From contig CAYRSR010000001.1 in assembly GCA_964427275.1 (NCBI GenBank), positions 20,394 to 84,393 on the forward strand: a stretch of DNA of 64,000 nucleotides, in the 5' to 3' direction. Position numbers and translations under genes: made by a program. Positions 50,901 to 59,547 of this stretch are shown here, piece by piece. This DNA comes from an uncultured Candidatus Saccharibacteria bacterium. Lineage in GTDB: Bacteria > Patescibacteriota > Minisyncoccia > UBA6257 > CAYRSR01. Under the pieces are notes generated by a model. The model did not search any database. It was not told where the DNA came from and saw only the letters and a list, made by a program, of their open reading frames with translations. Each line of letters begins with the position of its first letter. Within the stretch, counting starts at the first letter, position 1.

Positions 50901-51469
50901 TTACTATGGTATTTCTCTACTTTGAATCTATAGATTACTATTTTTTCTCTGGACAGGTCTATTCCTGCTTTCAGGCAGGCAATAGATATTTGTTTCTCTA
51001 CTGTATCAACTCCCTCTAAATCTGGTAAAAGCAAGCCAGTTTTGACAGGCACTTTGCCATTAAAAGTTACATTTGATGAACTAGTAATTGGAGTTGTCTT
51101 TACAATTATTCCGTATTTCTTAGGATTTAACTCGGTTTTAGTTTTTACTAGCTCCGGCTTGCTCAAGATATAAACAGTATAAACTAAATCTGGTAATTCA
51201 AGTTGGCTAACTCTTCCAAATCTATAATCTTCAGTAGCAGCAGCAATAGCATTATAAATTACTTCTAATGCAATATTTTTTCTGGTAGGAAGATAAGTTC
51301 CAATACAGCCGCGCAATACTTTATGACTATTTAATCTTTTTTCAATAGTTACAAAAGTTCCGGCTTGCTTATTTAAAAACTCCTGGTCTAAATCCTTTGG
51401 TACAGAAATTATCTTTCCTTCTTTAATGTAGCTTTCTACTGCTAATTTGGCTAAATCAACCAAAGACAT
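50888..51469 (-). CDS. AmmeMemoRadiSam system protein A (AMMECR1 domain)
   Basis: GTFVTI, LRGCIGT, AATED.RF and GLLLPDLEGV motifs. Confidence 0.92.
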   Translation of the reverse strand: MSLVDLAKLAVESYIKEGKIISVPKDLDQEFLNKQAGTFVTIEKRLNSHKVLRGCIGTYLPTRKNIALEVIYNAIAAATEDYRFGRVSQLELPDLVYTVYILSKPELVKTKTELNPKKYGIIVKTTPITSSSNVTFNGKVPVKTGLLLPDLEGVDTVEKQISIACLKAGIDLSREKIVIYRFKVEKYHSKCKI

Positions 51470-51562
51470 AGTAAATTTAAAATTCAAAATCAAAATACAA
51501 ACTCAAGGTTGGCGACAAGTGAGTAACTTTGATTTTTGGTTTTTTAAGTTTTGTATTTCTCA

Positions 51563-52321
51563 TTATATCCTAACTATCTTTAAATCTCTAGCATCCTTTA
51601 TCTCTTTTTTAAAATCGTAAATAGCTATATTTCTTTCTGGCCGATAAGCTGAAGAAGTAAATATGGTAAGGCAACGATTATTAAACAAATATAAAGGTGC
51701 ATCAGGTTGATGGGCTCTAATAAGTACCTCTTTATTAAATCTGTTCATTAAATTATAAAACCAATCTTTTCCAAATTGAGGCCGGCCAGTAAAAGAGTCA
51801 AAGTCTAGTTTTTTCCCAGCAACTTCCTGAAAATCTCCCCAGGTAATCTGCTTCCAGATTTCTGAACCTAAACTTATTTTATTTACCTGCTTTAGGTTTT
51901 CTAAATCTGGTAAAGCTCCGTGTAAAGAAATAACATTTTTAGCCACAACTATTAAGGGAAATTTTTCCACTATTTCAGCGTAATATTGATAATCAACTGA
52001 ACTTAAGTTTTCCCAAAAATCGGCTGGATAAAAAGGTAAAATTCGATGACCCTCGTGATTTCCCTGTAGTAAATAAATCTGTTCTGGATATTTTAATTTA
52101 TTTTGAAGTAAAAAATCCAAATTTTCTCTGGAATTAGGACCTCGGTCAACATAATCTCCTAAAAAAACTAATATATTACCTGATTTAAGGTAATTCTTAA
52201 CTACTATTTTTGAAGCTTCAAAATCACCATGAGTATCACCAACAAAAACAACCAGGTTGGCTTTAGAAACCTCAATCAATCTAGGTTCATTTTTCAAAAC
52301 TTCTAAAATTTTCTTCATCAT
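51563..52321 (-). CDS. PPP-family Ser/Thr protein phosphatase (metallophosphoesterase)
   Basis: GDTHG, GDYVDRG, GNHE, HG, RAHQ and TIFTS motifs. Confidence 0.85.
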   Translation of the reverse strand: MMKKILEVLKNEPRLIEVSKANLVVFVGDTHGDFEASKIVVKNYLKSGNILVFLGDYVDRGPNSRENLDFLLQNKLKYPEQIYLLQGNHEGHRILPFYPADFWENLSSVDYQYYAEIVEKFPLIVVAKNVISLHGALPDLENLKQVNKISLGSEIWKQITWGDFQEVAGKKLDFDSFTGRPQFGKDWFYNLMNRFNKEVLIRAHQPDAPLYLFNNRCLTIFTSSAYRPERNIAIYDFKKEIKDARDLKIVRI

Positions 52322-52332
52322 AATATAAAAAA

Positions 52333-52365
52333 TGAAGCCCCGTTTTTAAAAGAAACGGAGCTTCA
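52333..52365 (-). terminator. Hairpin terminator after pilin 2
   Basis: TGAAGCTCCGTTTC...AAACGGGGCTTCA-TTTTTT on the minus strand. Confidence 0.75.
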
Positions 52366-52387
52366 AGCTAAAAAGTAGTCTATAATT

Positions 52388-52939
52388 TTAAATTCGGTTC
52401 AATCCTGGCACTGAACCAATCTCGTAAACCTCATTATTATTTCCACCATCAGTACTCTCCACATCAGCACTTCCACCATTGCTGTACTTTGTACTCTCCA
52501 TGTTACAATTCAACTCAAAGGTTAACGGGTGAGTACCGGTAGCATTACTAGCAAATTCATAGTAATAACTACTATCATTAACTGGGTCTAGTGGCAAAGC
52601 TGATAAAGGAGAACCAGTTGGAATTGCATCTAAATTAACATCTACCCAACCATTACCATCAGTGGTTATAACGGTACGCTCAGTACAGCTAGTGTCTGCT
52701 GGTCCGTAACCAGTAGTTCCCTTAGTGCAATAATCATTGCCACTGAATGATGGATCAACTACCGATACCAGATACAAAGCCAAAGCTGACTGAATACTCT
52801 TTAAATCAGACATTCTCTGAGAATCTCTAGCTTCCTTAAGCATCTGAGCTGGATTCATCACTACCGCTATCGTGGTTGCCAGAATTGCTAGAATTGCAAT
52901 AACTATCAACAGCTCAATTAAAGTAAACCCTTTCTTCAT
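52388..52939 (-). CDS. Type IV pilin (major-pilin-like, paralog 2)
   Basis: MKKGFTLIELLIVIAILAI; first ~55 codons nearly identical to the 19293-19889 gene. Confidence 0.93.
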   Translation of the reverse strand: MKKGFTLIELLIVIAILAILATTIAVVMNPAQMLKEARDSQRMSDLKSIQSALALYLVSVVDPSFSGNDYCTKGTTGYGPADTSCTERTVITTDGNGWVDVNLDAIPTGSPLSALPLDPVNDSSYYYEFASNATGTHPLTFELNCNMESTKYSNGGSADVESTDGGNNNEVYEIGSVPGLNRI

Positions 52940-53009
52940 TTTTTTAAATTAAACTTCGACCTTTAATCTTATTATATCACAAATCAATTACTTGAATTGT
53001 GGATAACTT

Positions 53010-53387
53010 TCACTTCAAAAAATTCTTAACCCGCTGCACTAAATCATCAATGGAAACTTGAGCTTTAACAAAGTAGTCAGCTGCTCCAAGTTGCTTTCCC
53101 CTAGAAATATCTTCAGTTTGACCTAAATTAGAGACAATTATTACCGGTGGAAACTTAATCTGGGGATCTTTGGAAGCCTCCTCCATAAATTCAAAGCCAG
53201 ACATTTTAGGCAAAATTATATCCAGTAATATCAAATCAAAGGATGCGCCCGGTTCTCTTAATAAGTTCAAAGCTTCTTCCCCGTCCCTAGCTACCACCGG
53301 CTTAAATCCTTCCTTTTCCAGACGACTCTTTAAAAGATGAGCTAGAAATTTTTCATCTTCTACTACTAAAATTTTTTTTGGTTCCAT
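53010..53387 (-). CDS. Single-domain response regulator
   Basis: ILVVEDE, DLILLDIILP.MSG, SN and K motifs. Confidence 0.92.
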   Translation of the reverse strand: MEPKKILVVEDEKFLAHLLKSRLEKEGFKPVVARDGEEALNLLREPGASFDLILLDIILPKMSGFEFMEEASKDPQIKFPPVIIVSNLGQTEDISRGKQLGAADYFVKAQVSIDDLVQRVKNFLK

Positions 53388-53902
53388 AAGTTAATAAATT
53401 TAATTTTAAAGTTTTTAAGCACTGCTAAATCCTTTTTTGGTTGCCCAAAGGAGTTTTGTTAGTTTTTAATTGATCCACGGACAGGTTCCCCTACCCGTGC
53501 CTTGTTACGACTTCATCCTGATCACCGAGCTGATTCTAGGTCCTTAAACAGGAACTTCGAACCCTCCCGGCTCTCCTGATGTGACGGGCGGTGAGTACAG
53601 GACTCGAGAACGTATTCACCGCGACATAGCTGATTCGCGATTACTAGCGATTCCGGCTTCATGAGGGCGAATTGCAGCCCTCAATCCGAACTGAGACTAC
53701 TTTTAAGAGATTCGCTCCGCCTTACGGCTTAGCAGCTCTTTATAGTAGCCATTGTAGCATGAGTGCAGCCCAGGGCATCAGAGGGCCATGCTGACTTGGC
53801 GTCATCCCCACCTTCCTCCCCAAAAATTGAGGCAGTTCCGCATGACACATATAACATGCAGTAGGGGTTGCGCTCGTTACCTCACTTAAGAGAACACCTC
53901 AA

Positions 53903-53934
<32 letters not shown>

Positions 53935-54175
53935 CTCCAATGTCCTTGAAGGAAGCCTCACCTTTCGGTAAGGTTTCATTGGAGTGTCAAGCCCTGGTGA
54001 GGTTCTTCGGTTATTGACGAATTAAGCCTCATGCTCCACCGCTTGTGCGAGTCCCCGTCTATTCCTTTGAGTTTTAACCTTGCGGTCGTACTCCCCAGGC
54101 GGTCTGCTTAACGCGTTAGCTACGCCACCCAGAGGGTCGATACTCTAGACAGCAAGCAGACATCGTTTAGGGCCT

Positions 54176-54209
<34 letters not shown>

Positions 54210-54441
54210 AGGCTTTCGGGTCTCAGAGTCAGGAGAGCCCCAGCTATTTGCCTTCGCCTTTGGTATTCCGCACGATATCAACGGATTTCACCCCTACACC
54301 GTGCGTTCTAAAAGCCTCTGGCTCCCTCTAGTTCGGTAGTTTCCGAGGCATTTCCCTGGTTGGGCCAGGGGCTTTAACCTCAGACTTACCGAACCTCCTA
54401 CACCCGCTTTACGCCCAGTAAATCCGGATAACGCTTAGGGT

Positions 54442-54476
<35 letters not shown>

Positions 54477-54888
54477 AACCCTTTATTCTCCACTTACCAT
54501 CAACATCTACTAAAAGGTAGATGCTTTTTCAGTGGAAAAAGCGGTTTACACTCCGCAGAGCTTCATCCCGCACGCGGCGTCGCTGGATCAGGCTTTCGCC
54601 CATTGTCCAAAATTCTCGACTGCTGCCTCCCGTAGGAGTAGGGCCCGTGTCTCAGTGCCCTTGTTGGAGAACAACCTCTCAGTCCTCCTACCCGTCATAG
54701 CCAAGGTGAGCCATTACCCCACCTTCTAGCTGATAGGCCGCAGGCCATTCCCATTCCGGCATACCATAAGATACACCTTTAATGACATCACTAAAAGTGT
54801 GTCATACTATCGGGTATTAGCCACCTTTTCAGATGGTTATCCCCGTGAATGGGGTATGTACCTACGTGTTACTAACCCGTTTGCCGCT

Positions 54889-55209
54889 CCCAGCCCCACT
54901 TTTTGGATTCAAATAAAGCATTTCTTAATTCTCTTGAAAAGTTCCTGTTTTGCACTCCCATAATGTTTTAATCTCTTTTCTCTTCTCTTCGCATCTTTTT
55001 TATTTCTATAAGCTTCGGCATAAATTAAAACCCACTTTCCATCTCTTCGGTAAGTGGCTTTTGTTTTTCCTTGATTATGATCTGTCAACCTCTTTTGAAG
55101 ATTTTTAGTTAAACCAATGTAAACTTGTTTTGTGACATTATGCTGAATTAGATAAACATACCACCACATAACCTTATTATGACTATTGAATCCAAAAAGT
55201 GAGGCTGGG
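54889..55209 (-). mobile_element. Intervening sequence in 16S helix 6 (V1)
   Basis: 23-bp inverted arms at 54889-54911 and 55187-55209 enclose an ORF between conserved 16S segments. Confidence 0.88.
54909..55169 (-). CDS. Small GIY-YIG nuclease encoded in the 16S insertion (86 aa)
   Basis: YVYLI...YIG.T.NL.KR..HN.G...A..REK.LK; real start at 55169. Confidence 0.9.
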   Translation of the reverse strand: MWWYVYLIQHNVTKQVYIGLTKNLQKRLTDHNQGKTKATYRRDGKWVLIYAEAYRNKKDAKRREKRLKHYGSAKQELFKRIKKCFI

Positions 55210-55329
55210 CGCACGACTTGCATGCCTTATCCACGCCGCCAGCGTTCATCCTGAGCCAAGATCAAACTCTCGTTTTGGGCAACCAAAAAAGAATTCAACC
55301 TGTTTAACTTTTAAAGGTACAACCACGTT

Positions 55330-55358
55330 AATAATAGTCAAAAACTCATTGCAAGTCA
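55330..55358 (-). promoter_or_regulatory. 16S rRNA promoter, followed by boxA-like GTACCTTTAAAA
   Basis: TTGACT-17 nt-TATTAT on the minus strand. Confidence 0.65.
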
Positions 55359-55423
55359 AGCCCATCTTGAATTAAAAAGAGGTAGTCCCGATTAATGGAA
55401 CTACCTCCAAATAATCTTACAAT

Positions 55424-55936
55424 TTACAATAATGATATTAACATCACTAGCAGGTTATGCAAGCCGTGAAGTGTTACCACAGATGCATAACCTTGAAAAA
55501 CTCCACCGGCATTCTGACTAACTTTCAGAAAAAATAGCGACCATAATGCTCCAACAACTCCTTGAATGAATATACTAGGCCATCCATAATGAAAATATCC
55601 AAATATCACCGAGCTTATCAAAATTACTGCAGTAAGAATCAAATTCCGACTCTTTCTGCTTTTTCGACTTACTTCAAAAACCAGTAAACTTAAAGTTAAA
55701 GGCACAAACCGGAATATAAACTCTTCTATAATTGGAGCCAATATTACCGCTTTTACTACAGAAACAGACTTATAGTAATAGCTACCGACTACTTGATACA
55801 GATATGGCTTCAAGAAAGAAATTGCAATTGTACACCAGGTAAAATCAACAATCAAAATCAAGATTATCCATAAAAGGTATTCTAAAAATGAACTTGGTTT
55901 TTTGGTCAACCATTTCAACCATTTCTGGAATTTCAC
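55424..55936 (-). CDS. CPBP (Abi/CAAX) intramembrane glutamic protease
   Basis: APIIEEFIFR, FGYFH and HGLHN motifs. Confidence 0.88.
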   Translation of the reverse strand: MKFQKWLKWLTKKPSSFLEYLLWIILILIVDFTWCTIAISFLKPYLYQVVGSYYYKSVSVVKAVILAPIIEEFIFRFVPLTLSLLVFEVSRKSRKSRNLILTAVILISSVIFGYFHYGWPSIFIQGVVGALWSLFFLKVSQNAGGVFQGYASVVTLHGLHNLLVMLISLL

Positions 55937-56029
55937 TCAAATCACCCCCTTTAAAAAATTTTTAAGGTACTATTCTGTTGAACAAACCAATCTAGCCTGC
56001 TATCTTTGTAACATAAATTTTAATTTTTG

Positions 56030-56626
56030 TCAATTGTGGCTAATCTTTCTTTGAATAGCTTTAAGATATACTACCAGCATTAATCCCCAGCAAAAAATTA
56101 TAAGTTCAGTTGATGCATTTTGTATCAATGATAGCACTACTAGAATTAATACTCCTACTGCACCTCCAGCAGCCGGAGCAGTAGTTCTTAGTATTGATGG
56201 AACCATTTTTCTAAGAAACCTGGAGTAAATTAATCCAAAAATAACTGCTACTCCCAGAGATAATCCAGTTAGTTTGGGAACTAAAACTAAACCAGTTCCT
56301 ATTGAAGTTGCTAGTCCTCCACCTCCTTTAAACTTAAAAAATACCGGCCAGTTGTGACCGGCTACACAAAACAAAGCCCCTGCAACTATTACACTTAAAT
56401 TTAGATTCAAAAATTTACCTAAAAGTACTATCAGACTTCCCTTTAAAGCATCAAATAATCCAACCAAAATTCCAAGTATAATTGAATTGGTTTGCCTTGT
56501 AGTTCCAGCTGCTCCGGGTAAGTCAACTTTAGCAAAATCTTTAAGCTTTAAAGCTCTAGCTAAGATATATCCCCCCAAAATAGAACCTACTAGATAGCTT
56601 ATTAAGATATATAAAACTCCAGGCAT
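56030..56626 (-). CDS. plsY: Glycerol-3-phosphate acyltransferase PlsY (acyl-phosphate dependent)
   Basis: SYLVGSI, DALKG and GHNWPVF.KFKGG.G.AT..G motifs. Confidence 0.87.
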   Translation of the reverse strand: MPGVLYILISYLVGSILGGYILARALKLKDFAKVDLPGAAGTTRQTNSIILGILVGLFDALKGSLIVLLGKFLNLNLSVIVAGALFCVAGHNWPVFFKFKGGGGLATSIGTGLVLVPKLTGLSLGVAVIFGLIYSRFLRKMVPSILRTTAPAAGGAVGVLILVVLSLIQNASTELIIFCWGLMLVVYLKAIQRKISHN

Positions 56627-56627
56627 T

Positions 56628-57488
56628 TTACATTATTGTATATCCTATTCCCCAGGCTTTAGGTCCCATGTAGCAGGTAGCAGTACAGCCAATTTCTCCT
56701 TTAATTATTTCAATGTTTTTAAAATTTTGTTTCAGAAGATTTTCTAAATCCTGACTGGCTGGCTGATTATCAATTTCTCCAATCATTGAGATTATAAATT
56801 TACCATTTTTTTCTTTTAAATCCCTTTTAATCTGTTCAACCATTATTTCATTGGCTTGTCTAATTGTTCTAGCTTTACCAAGCGGGCTAACTATTCCTTC
56901 CTGATTTCTAAAGCCAACCAGAGGAATTATTTTAATCAGTGAACCAATTAAAACTTTTGCTTTGCCAATTCGACCTCCTTGATAAAGATACTCCAAATCA
57001 GGTAAAGCTAGAATAGAATTAGTCCGGCTAACAATTTTTTCAGCTTCAGTAAAAATTTCTGAGTCAGTTTTACCTGATTCAACTAGCCGGGCAATTTCTA
57101 TAACAATTAAATCCTTGCCCAGACCAGCTTGTCTTGTATCAATGATTCTTATCTTTGTTTCAGGAAAGTCTTTAATTGCCTGTTTTATGTTTAGATAAGT
57201 AGCCTTGGTTAATTCTTTTGACATTAAAACCAGTAAAATCTGATAGTTCTGCCAGAGGTCCTTAAAAATTCTTGATAGGTCAGCTACACCCGGAGCAGAA
57301 GTTTTAGGAAAACCCCTTTTTTCTTTCAGGTCTCTTAGGAAAACTTCTCTGCTAGTATTGCTTTCCAGGTACTCTTTTCCAGCAAAGTAAATAGGACAAT
57401 TAAAAAGCCTTATATCATATTTTTTTACCAGTTCCTTCGATAAGGCATGTCCATTATCAGTAACAATTTTAATTTTCATTACATTCAT
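56628..57488 (-). CDS. fakB: DegV family fatty-acid binding protein (FakB)
   Basis: IVTD, PKTSAP, IDT, L.YL.QGGRIG and GP..GI motifs. Confidence 0.88.
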   Translation of the reverse strand: MNVMKIKIVTDNGHALSKELVKKYDIRLFNCPIYFAGKEYLESNTSREVFLRDLKEKRGFPKTSAPGVADLSRIFKDLWQNYQILLVLMSKELTKATYLNIKQAIKDFPETKIRIIDTRQAGLGKDLIVIEIARLVESGKTDSEIFTEAEKIVSRTNSILALPDLEYLYQGGRIGKAKVLIGSLIKIIPLVGFRNQEGIVSPLGKARTIRQANEIMVEQIKRDLKEKNGKFIISMIGEIDNQPASQDLENLLKQNFKNIEIIKGEIGCTATCYMGPKAWGIGYTIM

Positions 57489-57490
57489 AA

Positions 57491-59119
57491 TTATTCACAG
57501 GATATTATATAAAAATAATGAGGCTGACCACCAGAGTAAATTTGAACTTCCAGGTCAGGATATTTTGATTTTATAATTTTAGCTAATCTTTCAGCTTCCT
57601 TTTTTGTAACCATTTTACCATAATATAGAGAAAGAAGATGAGAATCTTTTTCTACCATCTTTTCAATTAATTTAATAGTAACTTCATTTAGATCCTCTCC
57701 AGCAACTTCTAGCTTCTCTTCACAAAAACCAAGCTTATCCCCTTTCTTTAAAATACTTTGCTGAAAACTTCTTTCTTCCAGAGAATAGGTAACCAATCCT
57801 GATTTTACTCTTTTTAAAGCCTGGTTCATTGCCATTAAATTTTGTTCTAGATTGTTGTGAGAATTAAAAGATAAGAGAGCTGAAATTCCCTGGGGAATAG
57901 TTTTTGAAGAAACAATATAAACTTTGAACCCACTTAATTTTTCAATTTCTTTTGCAGTAACTAAAACATTTTCATTATTTGGAAGAATAATGACTTCCTC
58001 AGCTTTAGTTTTTTTAATTGCTTTATCTAGATCTCTTACACTTGGATTCATAACATATCTTCCGGTAATTACCACATCTGCACCAAGATTTTTAAAAATT
58101 CTAGTTAATCCGCTTCCCAAAGTTACAGCCACAATACCAATTTTCTTTTCCTTATCCTTTTTTGCCAGAGTGGCTCGTCTTCTAATCATTTTCTCCATGT
58201 CATCTATCTTTTCAGATTTAATTTTCCCCAAGCCAGATAAAAGCTGATGTATTTTTTTGGGATAATTGGTATGAATGTGAATTTTAAACAAATTTCCCGA
58301 CTTAGAAGTGATTAAAGAACTTCCATACTGTTTTAGCTTTTCTTTAATTTCTTCAAATTTTGATTCAGAAGTAGAAATAACTGATTCAAAACAATACTTA
58401 TTTACCAATTCCTCGGTCTTGTATCTAAGTTCTCTTAAAAACTTTGGCAAAAGAGTTGCTTCAGAAACTACTTTTAAAAGAGTTTTTGGCTTTTTATTTA
58501 AATAAGCAGTTATTGCCTCAAGTATAAAAACAAATCCCTGACCACCAGCATCTACTACTCCAGCTTCTTTAAGAACTGGTAAAAGCTCTGGAGTTTCAGC
58601 TAAAGTTTTTTGAGCTTGCTTTAAAGCCTCCGAAAAAATTTTACCTAAATCGTTTTCTTTTTTAGCCAGTTGACTAATTTTTTTAGCAACCTCTCTCATA
58701 ACTGTAAGAATTGTTCCTTCAACCGGCTTTTCTACTGCCCGGTAAGCAGATTGGGCTCCTTTCTCAAATGCTAAACCTAAATCTTTGACAGATAGATATT
58801 CTTTGCCCTGGCAAGCCTCTGAAAATCCTTTTAACCATTGAGACAAAATATTACCTGAACAACCCCGAGCCTCCATTAAACTGGCCCGAGCAATAAGCTG
58901 AGTTGTTTGAGAAAAATCTAACTGAACATTCTTTAATGCTTTAACTGCCCCTTTTAAGGTTAAAGACATATTTATTCCAGTGTCACCATCGGGAACTGGA
59001 AAAACATTAAGCCGGTTTAAAATCTCTTTATTTTTATCCACCCAATCACTGGCAGCTAAAATCAGTTCCTTCAACTGGCTAGCATCTATTTTTCTAACTT
59101 TGGTCATTTCCTGGTTCAT
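57491..59119 (-). CDS. fakA: DAK2-domain fatty acid kinase catalytic subunit (FakA)
   Basis: LNVFPVPDGDTG.NM, PVEGTILTV, GVVDAGG.G, MNPS, LPNN.N and GGQPHY motifs. Confidence 0.93.
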   Translation of the reverse strand: MNQEMTKVRKIDASQLKELILAASDWVDKNKEILNRLNVFPVPDGDTGINMSLTLKGAVKALKNVQLDFSQTTQLIARASLMEARGCSGNILSQWLKGFSEACQGKEYLSVKDLGLAFEKGAQSAYRAVEKPVEGTILTVMREVAKKISQLAKKENDLGKIFSEALKQAQKTLAETPELLPVLKEAGVVDAGGQGFVFILEAITAYLNKKPKTLLKVVSEATLLPKFLRELRYKTEELVNKYCFESVISTSESKFEEIKEKLKQYGSSLITSKSGNLFKIHIHTNYPKKIHQLLSGLGKIKSEKIDDMEKMIRRRATLAKKDKEKKIGIVAVTLGSGLTRIFKNLGADVVITGRYVMNPSVRDLDKAIKKTKAEEVIILPNNENVLVTAKEIEKLSGFKVYIVSSKTIPQGISALLSFNSHNNLEQNLMAMNQALKRVKSGLVTYSLEERSFQQSILKKGDKLGFCEEKLEVAGEDLNEVTIKLIEKMVEKDSHLLSLYYGKMVTKKEAERLAKIIKSKYPDLEVQIYSGGQPHYFYIISCE

Positions 59120-59199
59120 TGGCTTATCTTCCTCTCATAATTATAATTTAATTATAGTTATAATATTGCAACTGAAATAAATTATCAACCAATTTACAA

Positions 59200-59277
59200 A
59201 ATATGATGCCAATCTACGAATTGCTAATTATCAACGAATTTACGGATAAAAGTTGGAAGTTGGAAGATAGAAGATGA
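59200..59277 (-). repeat. Composite repeat copy 4 (inverted)
   Basis: Reverse complement reads CCAACTT x2 + GTAAATTCGTTGATAATTAGCAATTCGTAGATTGGCATCATA. Confidence 0.85.
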
Positions 59278-59396
59278 CAAATATCTAAAAACTTATTAAC
59301 AGATTTCACGATCGTAAAAAATGTTAATAAACTGAATCTAGATGTAAATAATGGAATTTAAAAAATGAAAATTGAACTGATTTAAGTTTTAGTTCA

Positions 59397-59440
59397 AAAA
59401 AATTACGTAAAAAATTACGTAATTTTTTACGTAATTTTTT
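59397..59440. repeat. Perfect 44-bp palindrome with three TTACGTAA boxes
   Basis: AAAAAATTACGTAAAAAATTAC|GTAATTTTTTACGTAATTTTTT. Confidence 0.9.
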
Positions 59441-59453
59441 GAATTCTTTTAAA

Positions 59454-59482
59454 AATATAAGGACTTCGCAAGTCCTTATATT
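59454..59482. terminator. 13-bp hairpin, probable terminator
   Basis: AATATAAGGACTT-CGC-AAGTCCTTATATT. Confidence 0.6.
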
Positions 59483-59547
59483 CAGTAAATTAAAAATGTA
59501 AAAATCAAAATGATTTAATCTACAAAGGAGAATATCTTAATATTTGC

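Noticed and set aside
52998-53006. Perfect DnaA box (TGTGGATAA) as oriC
   Set aside because: Single box in a 70-bp gap; no cluster and no dnaA nearby.
54532-54729. ORF within 16S
   Set aside because: Antisense to conserved rRNA.
54889-55209. Group I/II intron
   Set aside because: Almost all inserted sequence is ORF plus terminal stem; no room for a ribozyme core.
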